IMG/VR virus record: IMGVR_UViG_3300032330_001807
Coordinates: 1-28,842 of that record
Direction: 5' to 3' (one strand)
Origin: a virus
Lineage: Duplodnaviria > Caudoviricetes
DNA: 28,842 nucleotides
Shown here: positions 9,301 to 17,036 of the stretch, piece by piece
Position numbering within the stretch: the first letter of the stretch is position 1
Layout: each line of letters opens with the position of its first letter
Notes under the pieces: model-generated
Database searches by the model: none
What the model saw: the letters and a program-made list of their open reading frames with translations, nothing else
Told to the model about the DNA's origin: nothing
Made by a program: the position numbers and the translations under genes

Positions 9301-11748
9301 ATCAGCGCAGCATCAGGTTTGATTGGTGCAGGGGCAACAAGACTTGGAACTGCTGGAGTCACTGCTTACGCAAACGCAGCAACAAGCAATGGAATTATTG
9401 TGCGTGGCGCTGCATCCCAATCTGCCAACCTGCAAGAATGGCAGAATAGTGCGGGGACTGTGTTGGCAAGTATTAGCGCAAACGGCACTGTCTATATGGG
9501 TTCAAATGGTGGGGCGAACATTGCCACATTTTTTAACGGAACAAGTGGTTACGGTGCAGGAAGCATAAATGCCTCTGGAACTTTTAATATCAACGGCGCT
9601 AATTTAGGTTTTCCATATGCAGCGTCGGGCGCTGTTCTTTCTGTGAACGCCACTTATGCGGGGTCTGTTCCTATAACTGCACGAGGCTACGCCTCTCAGA
9701 CTGCAAACCTTCAAGAATGGCAGGATAGCGGGGGCAATGTTTGGGCTCACGTAGGCCTTTCTGGAAGTAGATTTGGTGCATCTGGTTCTCAGGGCGCAAC
9801 ATTTATTGATCAGTATGGAAATTTAACAGTAAGAAGCAACTCTACAGTTTTTGGAAATTCTATTGTAAGTGTTGGCACAGCAGGAGCTACATCTACTGGA
9901 ATAACAGTCAGAGGAGTTACTTCCCAAACCGCCAATCTTCAAGAATGGCAAGATTCAACAGGTTTAGTTTTAAGTAAAGTTGATAGTGCTGGTCGATGGT
10001 ATGGAACTGATGGAGTATTTTCATTAGGAGTTGCCGTTGGAGCAACTGGAAGCCCAGGGCCAAATCTTTATGTAAAGTCTAGATATGCTTCACAAATTGC
10101 GTCAGCATTTAGAGGATATGCTTCACAAACAGCAAATCTTACAGAATGGCAAAACAGTGATGGAACCGTGTTGGCAAAAGTTGACGCTAATGGATCTGCT
10201 CAATTTTTAGGATTAAACGTACAGGGAACTGGCTCGGGAATAGTAAACATAGGCACTGCAGCAGCAGGGTATGTTGGTCTCATTATTAAAGGTGTTGCTT
10301 CACAATCTGCAGATTTACAACAATGGCAAAATAGTAACGGAGACGTTCTTGCAAATATAACTTCAACTGGAAGATTAAGAGTTACAGCAGAAGTTATTGG
10401 AACGGGAAGCTATGTAGTACTAGGATCTAACGGCGGGCTTGGCGAAGTCGTCTATCTTGGATATAACTATACAACCAGTATTGGCGCAGGCGGAATTGTA
10501 TTTAATAGAACAGTACGACCTCCAGATACATCTACAGTAGGAATAATTATTCGTGGAAATGCCTCCCAAACTGCCAACCTTCAGGAGTGGCAGAACTCTG
10601 CTGGGCAAGTTAGAGCTAAAATTGACTCCTATGGCGGATTTTCATCACTAGCCACAACGACGATATCTAATGATTTGAATGGAACAGGTACTGCATTAGT
10701 AGTTCAAACAAAAGACGCTGGTGGAATCCCGATAGTAATCAAGGGTTTTACCTCACAAACCGCCGATTTACAACAATGGCAAAACTCTGTTGGGACTGTT
10801 ATCACAAGGATTGACTCAAGTGGAGAAAACATTTGGACGTATTCAATTCGTCCACAAGCCACACCTTCAAGCGGTTCTATCATTCAGTTAGACTCTAATC
10901 AAGTACGTGTAACGCAGCAGACTGCTGGTGCTGTCGCTTTTATCGTTAAGGGCGCCGCCTCACAAACTGCCAACCTTCAAGAGTGGCAGAACTCTGCTGG
11001 TACGGTTATCGCTAACATCTACCCTAATGGAACTGCAGGGCTCTATGGTTTAGAAGTATTTACTGGTGGCGCTGGCATTACTGGAAACTATGGTAATACA
11101 GACACCTTGCAAGTTAGGATTAATGGTGCTGCTCGTAGAGGAATTTTGGTCAAAGGCGCAGTCTCTCAATCTGCCAACTTGCAAGAATGGCAAAATAGTG
11201 ATGGAACAATCCTTGCTTTAGTAGATGCATACGGAAGACTTGGAATAAATTCTGCATCATTGATAAATTCTTCTGGCGGATATTCAATGGTTTCTATTTA
11301 TAATAACAATACAGTTAATACAAATTTAACAATTAAATCCTATGCTTCACAAACTGCTAATTTAACTGAATGGCAAAATAATAGTGGAACTGTACTTGCA
11401 AAAGTAGATGTTTTAGGTAACTTTACAGCAACATCTAAATCATTTGATATTAATCATCCTACAAAAGAAAATATGCGTTTGCGATATGGATCCCTTGAAG
11501 GACCTGAAAATGGTGTTTATATTAGAGGAACCGCACAATCTAGCATAATTGAATTACCTGAGTATTGGACAGGATTAGTTCATGAAGATTCTATAACAGT
11601 ATCATTAACTTCTGCTGGATCCGCCCAAAATATTTATGTAGAAAAAATTGAAAACAATAAAATCTATATTGGCGGGGACCTTGAAAAAGCATTCTTCACA
11701 GTATATGGAGAGCGTAAAGATATAGATAAACTGACTGTGGAGTATTGA
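6355..11748 (+). CDS. Long modular fibre protein B, 1797 aa, with 19 repeats, a YadA-head-like beta-roll and a C-terminal KSF-x-I-x-HP domain
   Basis: N-terminal DKNFKVKNG peptide. Shaft module GNLTVNGTTT...IEDKNI is shared with the 389 protein. ~14-aa N-x-A-I-G repeats at ~7690-8230. C-terminal ATSKSFDINHPT...LRYGSLEGPENGVYIRG...ERKDIDKLTVEY at 11428-11748. Confidence 0.85.
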   Translation: MSDKNFKVKNGIDAVGPITISPSSNSIDGIVINTPIGGKAIRFIRVGTGEVGSIDEWGTLVVSGGIQVVQPWYVRTPGLEAQSHFWTADYRSAAGFGGTSTGTNPVIYISSWSGGTNDLTQWITPNNTILAKVDYLGNITARDLTLSGNLTVNGTTTNLNSTNLIIEDKNIIIADVATPTDTTADGAGITIKGATDKTFNWVQSTGRFTSSEPVQSSAFVSTYIYASQIGSTVIGTATLNTNSDTGGLLINTAGAANKGLILRSAASATANLQEWQRSDGTYDLAFNNGSGSLNKLVFTDARAWGIYWGAEPLLNTSTGYLIVKSWSEDRPAFVVRAKAGQSNALQIWQDSSGGTKSYVDQDGVIYASSGLITGTASAHIGTYRPNIKLNINNNDAGYNPLSIKGAASQTSDYLYIANSAGSFIASISSSGQFISAAKSLNLDSGNLSFGYGGGGSSGNLAIGTYALNSNTTGNVNLALGAYALQNNTTGGYNVAIGTGSLYYNVSGAGNTAIGSVALQNNLTNDQTAIGIGSLFSATTGSANTGLGSSALNKVTTGGLNTAVGRLSGYKLTSGNANTVIGSYAMYNGDTEVSTGSNNTVIGYESGAANLGSGNVFIGFQSAKNETGSDKLYIANSSTSTPLIGGDFSAGTLSLSANTFITAKSTSVAPLIVKYITGQSGNIQEWRNEVNGVMSYINVYGSFFTSNNVGGSSGSFGPSIVGNPSGVVLTSQGMAGQTGDLQQWKNSNGTVLASINSDGSFALSRSQYTSASLGVWASVNSDPSGGNSGIGLVIKTYNATSRGIGIFGSASQTADLQQWGNSAGTVLAYVNSEGSIYSGNRVVSPGDFEGRSNSFLGSPSFNLATLNISTRATNQSGIVVRGYASQTANLQEWQNSSGTVLANIASTGQINAGAGLYSDWAGIGTARIGAAHLSVATQYLGNVGLIVKGSASQSADYFQIQTSGGTVVVSADASNSLAVPYGQISAASGLIGAGATRLGTAGVTAYANAATSNGIIVRGAASQSANLQEWQNSAGTVLASISANGTVYMGSNGGANIATFFNGTSGYGAGSINASGTFNINGANLGFPYAASGAVLSVNATYAGSVPITARGYASQTANLQEWQDSGGNVWAHVGLSGSRFGASGSQGATFIDQYGNLTVRSNSTVFGNSIVSVGTAGATSTGITVRGVTSQTANLQEWQDSTGLVLSKVDSAGRWYGTDGVFSLGVAVGATGSPGPNLYVKSRYASQIASAFRGYASQTANLTEWQNSDGTVLAKVDANGSAQFLGLNVQGTGSGIVNIGTAAAGYVGLIIKGVASQSADLQQWQNSNGDVLANITSTGRLRVTAEVIGTGSYVVLGSNGGLGEVVYLGYNYTTSIGAGGIVFNRTVRPPDTSTVGIIIRGNASQTANLQEWQNSAGQVRAKIDSYGGFSSLATTTISNDLNGTGTALVVQTKDAGGIPIVIKGFTSQTADLQQWQNSVGTVITRIDSSGENIWTYSIRPQATPSSGSIIQLDSNQVRVTQQTAGAVAFIVKGAASQTANLQEWQNSAGTVIANIYPNGTAGLYGLEVFTGGAGITGNYGNTDTLQVRINGAARRGILVKGAVSQSANLQEWQNSDGTILALVDAYGRLGINSASLINSSGGYSMVSIYNNNTVNTNLTIKSYASQTANLTEWQNNSGTVLAKVDVLGNFTATSKSFDINHPTKENMRLRYGSLEGPENGVYIRGTAQSSIIELPEYWTGLVHEDSITVSLTSAGSAQNIYVEKIENNKIYIGGDLEKAFFTVYGERKDIDKLTVEY

Positions 11749-11749
11749 A

Positions 11750-13015
11750 ATGTCGGTACAATATAATCCAAAGTTAGTAACAGATTCTTTAATATTTTCC
11801 TTGGATGCGGCCAATAAAAAAAGTTATGTAGATACATCAACAGTAAATTTATTTCCAGCATATGGAACTAGTGGATCAGGCTCTGGTTCAAATAACAATG
11901 TTATTTTTGATGTTAACGGATCTGGATATTTTACAAGAATGGGATATGGTCAGACATTTGGTGGGTATACAATACAGCAATCAGATGTTGTTTATAAATG
12001 GGATATGTCAGTTTATCAAAATGGTTGTAATTATCATGGTCATCGGATTAATGTTAAAAAAGGCCAATATATAAAGTGGACATTTGATTATTATATTGAT
12101 ACTTCTTGTACAGGAGTTACATCAGGAGCATACCTTGCAAATATGGAAGGATATGGGGGCGGAGCAGTATATAGTCAATTTACTATTCCAAATAATACTT
12201 TAGGTACATGGCAAACAATGACAATACAATATGGCCCATATAATTCTGATGGAGTGCAGGCTTGCTTTATGTATCCAGGTGGATGCGGTAATAATTTAGC
12301 AACTTCTGGATTTATGTTGTTTAGAAATCCTACAGTAAATCTAATTAATGGTTCATGGAATGATTTAAATAATGAAACTAATAGCCCAACACTATATGAT
12401 GAAAGTAATACGACAATAGGTTGGGCTCCATATTCTTCAGATGGAGGAGGGTCATGGGATTTTGCTAATGCACAAAGCCCAAATGGAATCTGGAGTTCGT
12501 GGTCAAGATACGGATTTATAATGAATAATAATCCTTTGCCAACAACAGGAGGGTTTACATTAAGTACATGGATTAAAAATCCAAACAATAATGGACAAAT
12601 AGGTATGATATCATTTGGCGGAAGTGATGGTATGAGATTTGGCCCAACAACATTTGGTACATATATTTTAATGGGTCCAACATATACAGAAGGCTATGTA
12701 TATTATAATCAAGATCAAAGTAATTCTTCGTTGACCACAGGGTGGCATAACGTTACGGCAGTGTTTGATAGAGACGGCAGGCTTAGCTCAGGGGTTCCAG
12801 AAGTAGGAGTATATTTAAATGGTGTATATAAAGGCGCGATGACTTTGCCTTCTCCACAGACAGCTTTTACGCCAGCATGGCTAGGAATTGTGCGTTCAAA
12901 TTGCTGCTATGTGTTTAAAGGAAAAATTTCAACAATTTCAGCGTACAGTAAAGCCTTGTCATCAGAAGAAGTAATGTTAAATTTTAATGCTACTAGATCT
13001 AGGTTTGGAATATAA
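11750..13015 (+). CDS. LamG/concanavalin A-like lectin domain virion protein with inserted beta-sandwich domain, 421 aa
   Basis: P.LVTDSLIFSLDAAN..SY start. FTLSTWIK, WHNVTAVF, VYLNG, FKGKIS.ISAYSKALS.EEV..NFNA.RSRFGI are typical phage LamG motifs. A ~170-aa insertion lies before WNDL. Confidence 0.85.
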   Translation: MSVQYNPKLVTDSLIFSLDAANKKSYVDTSTVNLFPAYGTSGSGSGSNNNVIFDVNGSGYFTRMGYGQTFGGYTIQQSDVVYKWDMSVYQNGCNYHGHRINVKKGQYIKWTFDYYIDTSCTGVTSGAYLANMEGYGGGAVYSQFTIPNNTLGTWQTMTIQYGPYNSDGVQACFMYPGGCGNNLATSGFMLFRNPTVNLINGSWNDLNNETNSPTLYDESNTTIGWAPYSSDGGGSWDFANAQSPNGIWSSWSRYGFIMNNNPLPTTGGFTLSTWIKNPNNNGQIGMISFGGSDGMRFGPTTFGTYILMGPTYTEGYVYYNQDQSNSSLTTGWHNVTAVFDRDGRLSSGVPEVGVYLNGVYKGAMTLPSPQTAFTPAWLGIVRSNCCYVFKGKISTISAYSKALSSEEVMLNFNATRSRFGI

Positions 13016-15621
13016 TGGCAATCTTACACTCTCCTGATATAGTTACAGATCAATTAAAATTTCATGTAGATGCTCAAAACCCACAAAGTTTTGCTCCTTA
13101 TAAAGAAAATTTATTTCAATATAGTGAAAACTTTAATTCTACTTACTGGCAAGGAGGAAATGTAACGGTAACACAAAAACAATTAGATCCATATGGAAAA
13201 TATAGAGCTACAAAAGTACAGACAACAAATGTAAGCTATGGGTGTATTCTAAGAACATGGAATTTTCCATATTCTGCCAGTACCACATATACTATGTCTG
13301 TTTATGCAAAAAGAGGCAATTATCAATATATAGGACTGCGCCCACAAATATATTCATCATATTCTGACCCACTAGGTGGAGAAAAATTTGTATCTTTTGA
13401 TCTTTTAAACGGAAGAGTAATAAATGACATAACAGTATATTCTGCAGCAACATTTGTATCAGCAAATATGGTATCAGTAGGAAATGGATGGTTTAGATGT
13501 TCTGTAACAGTTACTACCCCGTCTTCTATCCCAAATAATATATGCGATATAGCCCTTGTAAGATATGATGGTCAGCATGGTTGGACGCCCGCAGGAACGG
13601 AATATGTTTATATTTATGGTGCACAGATGGAAAAAGTATCTTATGAGTCGGCACAAACAACAAAAGTTTCATTTCCAACAACATATACTCCTACATATGG
13701 AACACCAGTAACATTTTCAGGCGATAAAAATAACTGGAAAGATTTAATAAGTGGCGGCAATTTATATTACGGTGATCCTTTTCAGCATTCAGATGGAATA
13801 ATGAGATTTAGAGAGAGTAATGATACCTATGGGTACCTTTCAAATTTTGATAATGGAATTTTAAAAAATGAAAATAGGACGGGTCAATGGACTTTAGAAG
13901 CATATTTTAAACATGTAGGTCCTACAAAAATAAATCCTTATGGAGAAAATGTTATCATAGGAAGAGCTGGCTGCCATGGAGGAATATACCTTAATGCTGA
14001 TAATTCATTAAATTATGCAATTAAAACAAATAATGCTGGTAGTTGTTGGAGTGGATCAATGGTTATGTTTGTGGATAATTTAGTTCCAGGAAACATTTAT
14101 CATACAGTATTTACATATAATAATGGAATTGCAAAAGCATATTTAAATGGAGTTCCTTCAAGATATGAAGCAACAAAAACTTTTGACCTTGTAAACAATA
14201 CGTTTTTTGCATATGGGAATACGTTGTGGGTTGGAGGAATAGGAACAACATTTAATCCAAATGCTGATATATACTCAGCAAGAGCATATTCTAAAGAACT
14301 TTCTGCAATAGAAGTACTTAAAAATTATAACGCAATGAAAAGTAAATATACTTATTTTAACAATATTATAACAAGCGACTTGCAAATATATCTATCTCCA
14401 GAAAATGAAACTTCTTATGTAGGCACAGGCTCAGAATGGAATGATATATCAGGAATAAAAAATTATGCAACTCTATATAATTCTCCTAAATATGATAGTA
14501 ATAGTTTAGGCGGTAGATATTTTAATTTTAACGGTACAAATCAATATGCATCAATTGCAGATGCTGCAAATATAAAATTTACCTCAACTCAAGCATTTAC
14601 ATTGTCAGCATGGATAAAACCAACTGTTTTACAAAATCAATGGACTGGTATTGTAACAAAATCTAGAGATACTGCGGACTGGTATGGAATTTGGATAGAC
14701 CCATCAAATAGAATAACTTGGGGAGGATACGGATTTAATTTATATGGCCCAACTGCTACAACTGAATGGCAGCATGTTGTAATATCTCAAGATGCATCAA
14801 ATAAATATATGTATGTAAACGGAGTCTTGTCTTTAACTTATCCTGTTGTTATAAATGCAAATGGATCAGGCGCAATGTATATTGGAAAAGGTACGTCTTC
14901 TGAATTTTTTAATGGCTCAATAGCAGATGTAACATTAAACAATAGACTACTTACCGCAAATGAAGTATTACAAAACTTTAATGCAAATAAAGATAAATAT
15001 ATTGCAGGTAAAATAAATGTTATTTCTCAAAGTTTAATTTCTCATTTAGATGCATCATATACTAGTTCCTATGTAGGATCAGGAAACACATTTATAGACC
15101 TATCAGGAAATGGAAATAATGGTACATTAAATGCTACATCATATAATTATTCAACAAATGCTTTATCATTTTCAACTAGTTCTTCTATGACAATAGATTC
15201 AATTAATTTGTATAATAGTAATTATACAATTATGTATTTAGCCAGAATAACGGGAACTAGCTTAAGAGTTTTAACAGCAAAAAATAACAATTGGCTTTTA
15301 GGATATTGGTCAAATTCTAGTTCTCAATATTATGCAGATGGATGGGTTTCTTCTGTTGGAGGCACAGCCACAACTTCAGACTGGGTCATGTGGACGGGAA
15401 CTGGAAATATAAACGCAGACAAGTATAGTCTCTGGAAAAACTCAAATAAAATTGTTACAGATAATAGTGGAGGATCCCATGGTCCAAATGTAATAGGTGT
15501 AAATGTGTTTGGAGAAAATTCTGCCTGTGAAATAGCAGCAATTCTTGTGTATAATAGAGTATTAGAGGATTGGGAAATTCAACAAAACTTTGAAGCATAT
15601 AGAGCTAGGTATTCATTATGA
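13015..15621 (+). CDS. Triple LamG/concanavalin A-like domain protein, 868 aa
   Basis: Three units start at ~13015, ~14359 and ~15019, each ending E-V/I-x-x-N-Y/F-x-A-x-K/R-x-K/R-Y. The first unit carries an inserted NL.QYSENF...GNGWFRC...YIYGAQME...TYTPT carbohydrate-binding-like domain. TAATG coupling to the upstream gene. Confidence 0.85.
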   Translation: MAILHSPDIVTDQLKFHVDAQNPQSFAPYKENLFQYSENFNSTYWQGGNVTVTQKQLDPYGKYRATKVQTTNVSYGCILRTWNFPYSASTTYTMSVYAKRGNYQYIGLRPQIYSSYSDPLGGEKFVSFDLLNGRVINDITVYSAATFVSANMVSVGNGWFRCSVTVTTPSSIPNNICDIALVRYDGQHGWTPAGTEYVYIYGAQMEKVSYESAQTTKVSFPTTYTPTYGTPVTFSGDKNNWKDLISGGNLYYGDPFQHSDGIMRFRESNDTYGYLSNFDNGILKNENRTGQWTLEAYFKHVGPTKINPYGENVIIGRAGCHGGIYLNADNSLNYAIKTNNAGSCWSGSMVMFVDNLVPGNIYHTVFTYNNGIAKAYLNGVPSRYEATKTFDLVNNTFFAYGNTLWVGGIGTTFNPNADIYSARAYSKELSAIEVLKNYNAMKSKYTYFNNIITSDLQIYLSPENETSYVGTGSEWNDISGIKNYATLYNSPKYDSNSLGGRYFNFNGTNQYASIADAANIKFTSTQAFTLSAWIKPTVLQNQWTGIVTKSRDTADWYGIWIDPSNRITWGGYGFNLYGPTATTEWQHVVISQDASNKYMYVNGVLSLTYPVVINANGSGAMYIGKGTSSEFFNGSIADVTLNNRLLTANEVLQNFNANKDKYIAGKINVISQSLISHLDASYTSSYVGSGNTFIDLSGNGNNGTLNATSYNYSTNALSFSTSSSMTIDSINLYNSNYTIMYLARITGTSLRVLTAKNNNWLLGYWSNSSSQYYADGWVSSVGGTATTSDWVMWTGTGNINADKYSLWKNSNKIVTDNSGGSHGPNVIGVNVFGENSACEIAAILVYNRVLEDWEIQQNFEAYRARYSL

Positions 15622-15680
15622 GTATAAAAACTGGAAGTAGCATAGTGTTATACTTATTAGAGGTCAGGTATAATTTATGA
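15618..15680 (+). pseudogene. Possible remnant 5' end of a deleted LamG gene (20-codon ORF MSIKTGSSIVLYLLEVRYNL)
   Basis: ATG overlaps the upstream TGA (ATGA). The first 10 residues parallel MAILHSPDIV and MSVQYNPKLV of the two preceding genes. Confidence 0.4.
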
Positions 15681-15702
15681 TAAGGTATAATTATATGGAG
15701 GT
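15646..15702 (+). promoter_or_regulatory. Stack of three -10 boxes plus SD before the 15708 gene
   Basis: TGTTATACT 15646-15654, AGGTATAATT at 15666-15675 and 15683-15692, GGAGGT 15697-15702. Confidence 0.65.
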
Positions 15703-15707
15703 GTACA

Positions 15708-16625
15708 ATGGCTAATTCAGATAAAAATATATTAATAACCCCAAGTGTAGGGCTTTCTACAAACCCTACAATTAAATTTAATGGGGCAAATAATACACCA
15801 ACAACACTAAGAGTTCTTGATAATGGCACTGTATCATTTGAAGGTACATCAGGTCAATTATTTTCAATTGCAGATAGTCTATCGGGATCAATTTTTTCAG
15901 TTAATGATATTTCAGGCATTCCTTCAATAGAAGTAGTAGATACAGGATTAGTAAAAATTAACCAGTATGGCGGCAGCACAGTATTTGGAGCATCTGCAGC
16001 AATTCAAAATTCATCATCTGTAAATGCTAAAGTTTCAATTCAATCCCCATCTGCAACAACACCAGGTTTAATTGTTAGAGGATTTGCTTCATCATCTGCA
16101 AATATTCAGGAATGGCAAAGAAGCGATGGTTTTGTTTTATTAAATGTTTCTTACGCTGGAGATGTATCTGCTGGTAGTGGTTCATCAACTGCAATTCGTT
16201 TTAGATATTTTGACGGAATTGCTGCATCTGGAACATATTGGGATACAACAGCAACAAACTCAGCAACATTTAATGGTCGTTCTACAACTGCTGCAACTAT
16301 GGTCATTAAAGCCGCAGCATCACAAACTGCAAACCTTCAAGAGTGGCAGAATTCTGCGGGAACCGTATTTGCTAGGTTTGACTCTTACGGATATTTTAAT
16401 GCTTATGGCTATACACTGCCTACAAGTAATGGTTCTTTTGAATCTGCTTACGGTGGAGCATTTATGGCTATGAAAAAAACAACTTCTGCCGTAGCCAACC
16501 CCGTAGCAGATGTTGCTAGAATGTATTTGGTAGCTGGAACAACGGCTGGAACATTAAAATTAGTAATAAAAGCAGGAACAGCAGGCGCAGAAACTACTAT
16601 ATTAGACAATATTCCTCAGTCTTAG
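15708..16625 (+). CDS. Short modular fibre protein C, 305 aa, 2 repeats
   Basis: Strong SD. N-terminal MANSDKNILITP...SFEGTSGQLFSI.DSLSGSIFSVNDISGIPSIEV phage fibre module, followed by two QEWQ repeats. Confidence 0.8.
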   Translation: MANSDKNILITPSVGLSTNPTIKFNGANNTPTTLRVLDNGTVSFEGTSGQLFSIADSLSGSIFSVNDISGIPSIEVVDTGLVKINQYGGSTVFGASAAIQNSSSVNAKVSIQSPSATTPGLIVRGFASSSANIQEWQRSDGFVLLNVSYAGDVSAGSGSSTAIRFRYFDGIAASGTYWDTTATNSATFNGRSTTAATMVIKAAASQTANLQEWQNSAGTVFARFDSYGYFNAYGYTLPTSNGSFESAYGGAFMAMKKTTSAVANPVADVARMYLVAGTTAGTLKLVIKAGTAGAETTILDNIPQS

Positions 16626-16629
16626 CCTA

Positions 16630-16658
16630 TTGCCTAATAAGCAATATTTTGATATACT
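16630..16658 (+). promoter_or_regulatory. Sigma70/SigA-type promoter TTGCCT-N17-TATACT with extended TG
   Basis: -35 TTGCCT 16630-16635, TG 16650-16651, -10 TATACT 16653-16658. Same -35 hexamer and spacing as the promoter at 27472. Confidence 0.8.
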
Positions 16659-16667
16659 AATGATATT

Positions 16668-16707
16668 CCGCAGATAAATCTGCGGTTTTACGTAAAACCT
16701 AAAGGAG
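16668..16707 (+). promoter_or_regulatory. Structured 5' leader: two overlapping palindromes, then SD
   Basis: CCGCAGAT-AA-ATCTGCGG 16668-16685 followed by TTTT. Perfect palindrome GGTTTTACGTAAAACC 16684-16699. SD AAAGGAG 16701-16707. Confidence 0.75.
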
Positions 16708-16716
16708 AAACAAACT

Positions 16717-16956
16717 ATGGCAATTGACTACTCAGGCCTACTAACGGATGAGCAAAAGCGTTCAATCTTGTCACAAAGATTGACACAGTTTGCCGCAGAA
16801 GCATATCAGCACGAGATCAATAAAAAGGTCGCTGATGATTCAGATAATGAAGAGGGCGTTAAGGCAGCAAATGATGCTCTTGCAATTCTTGATTCAGCAA
16901 TTACAGTTCACCAAGCTGAAATAGCTAAGCTTCCTGCACCAGCAGAAGCAGAATAA
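16717..16956 (+). CDS. Small acidic alpha-helical protein, 79 aa (candidate fibre assembly chaperone)
   Basis: Strong SD, own promoter and terminator. Helical-hairpin-like Ala/Glu/Asp-rich sequence unlike the neighbouring beta-rich fibres. Function is inferred from context only. Confidence 0.8.
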   Translation: MAIDYSGLLTDEQKRSILSQRLTQFAAEAYQHEINKKVADDSDNEEGVKAANDALAILDSAITVHQAEIAKLPAPAEAE

Positions 16957-16959
16957 GTA

Positions 16960-16999
16960 ATATATTTAGCATAGGCCTTCGGGCCTATGCTAAATATAT
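16960..16999 (+). terminator. 18-bp perfect hairpin with cUUCGg tetraloop
   Basis: ATATATTTAGCATAGGCC-TTCG-GGCCTATGCTAAATATAT, 3 nt after the stop of the 79-aa gene. No 3' U-tract. Confidence 0.8.
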
Positions 17000-17036
17000 A
17001 TATGCAATATATGTCATAAAATAAGAGTGTGAGAAA

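Noticed and set aside
17017-17022. TAAAAT before fibre D as a promoter
   Set aside because: Plausible, but it has no -35 or correctly placed TG and lies in very AT-rich sequence. Too weak to call.
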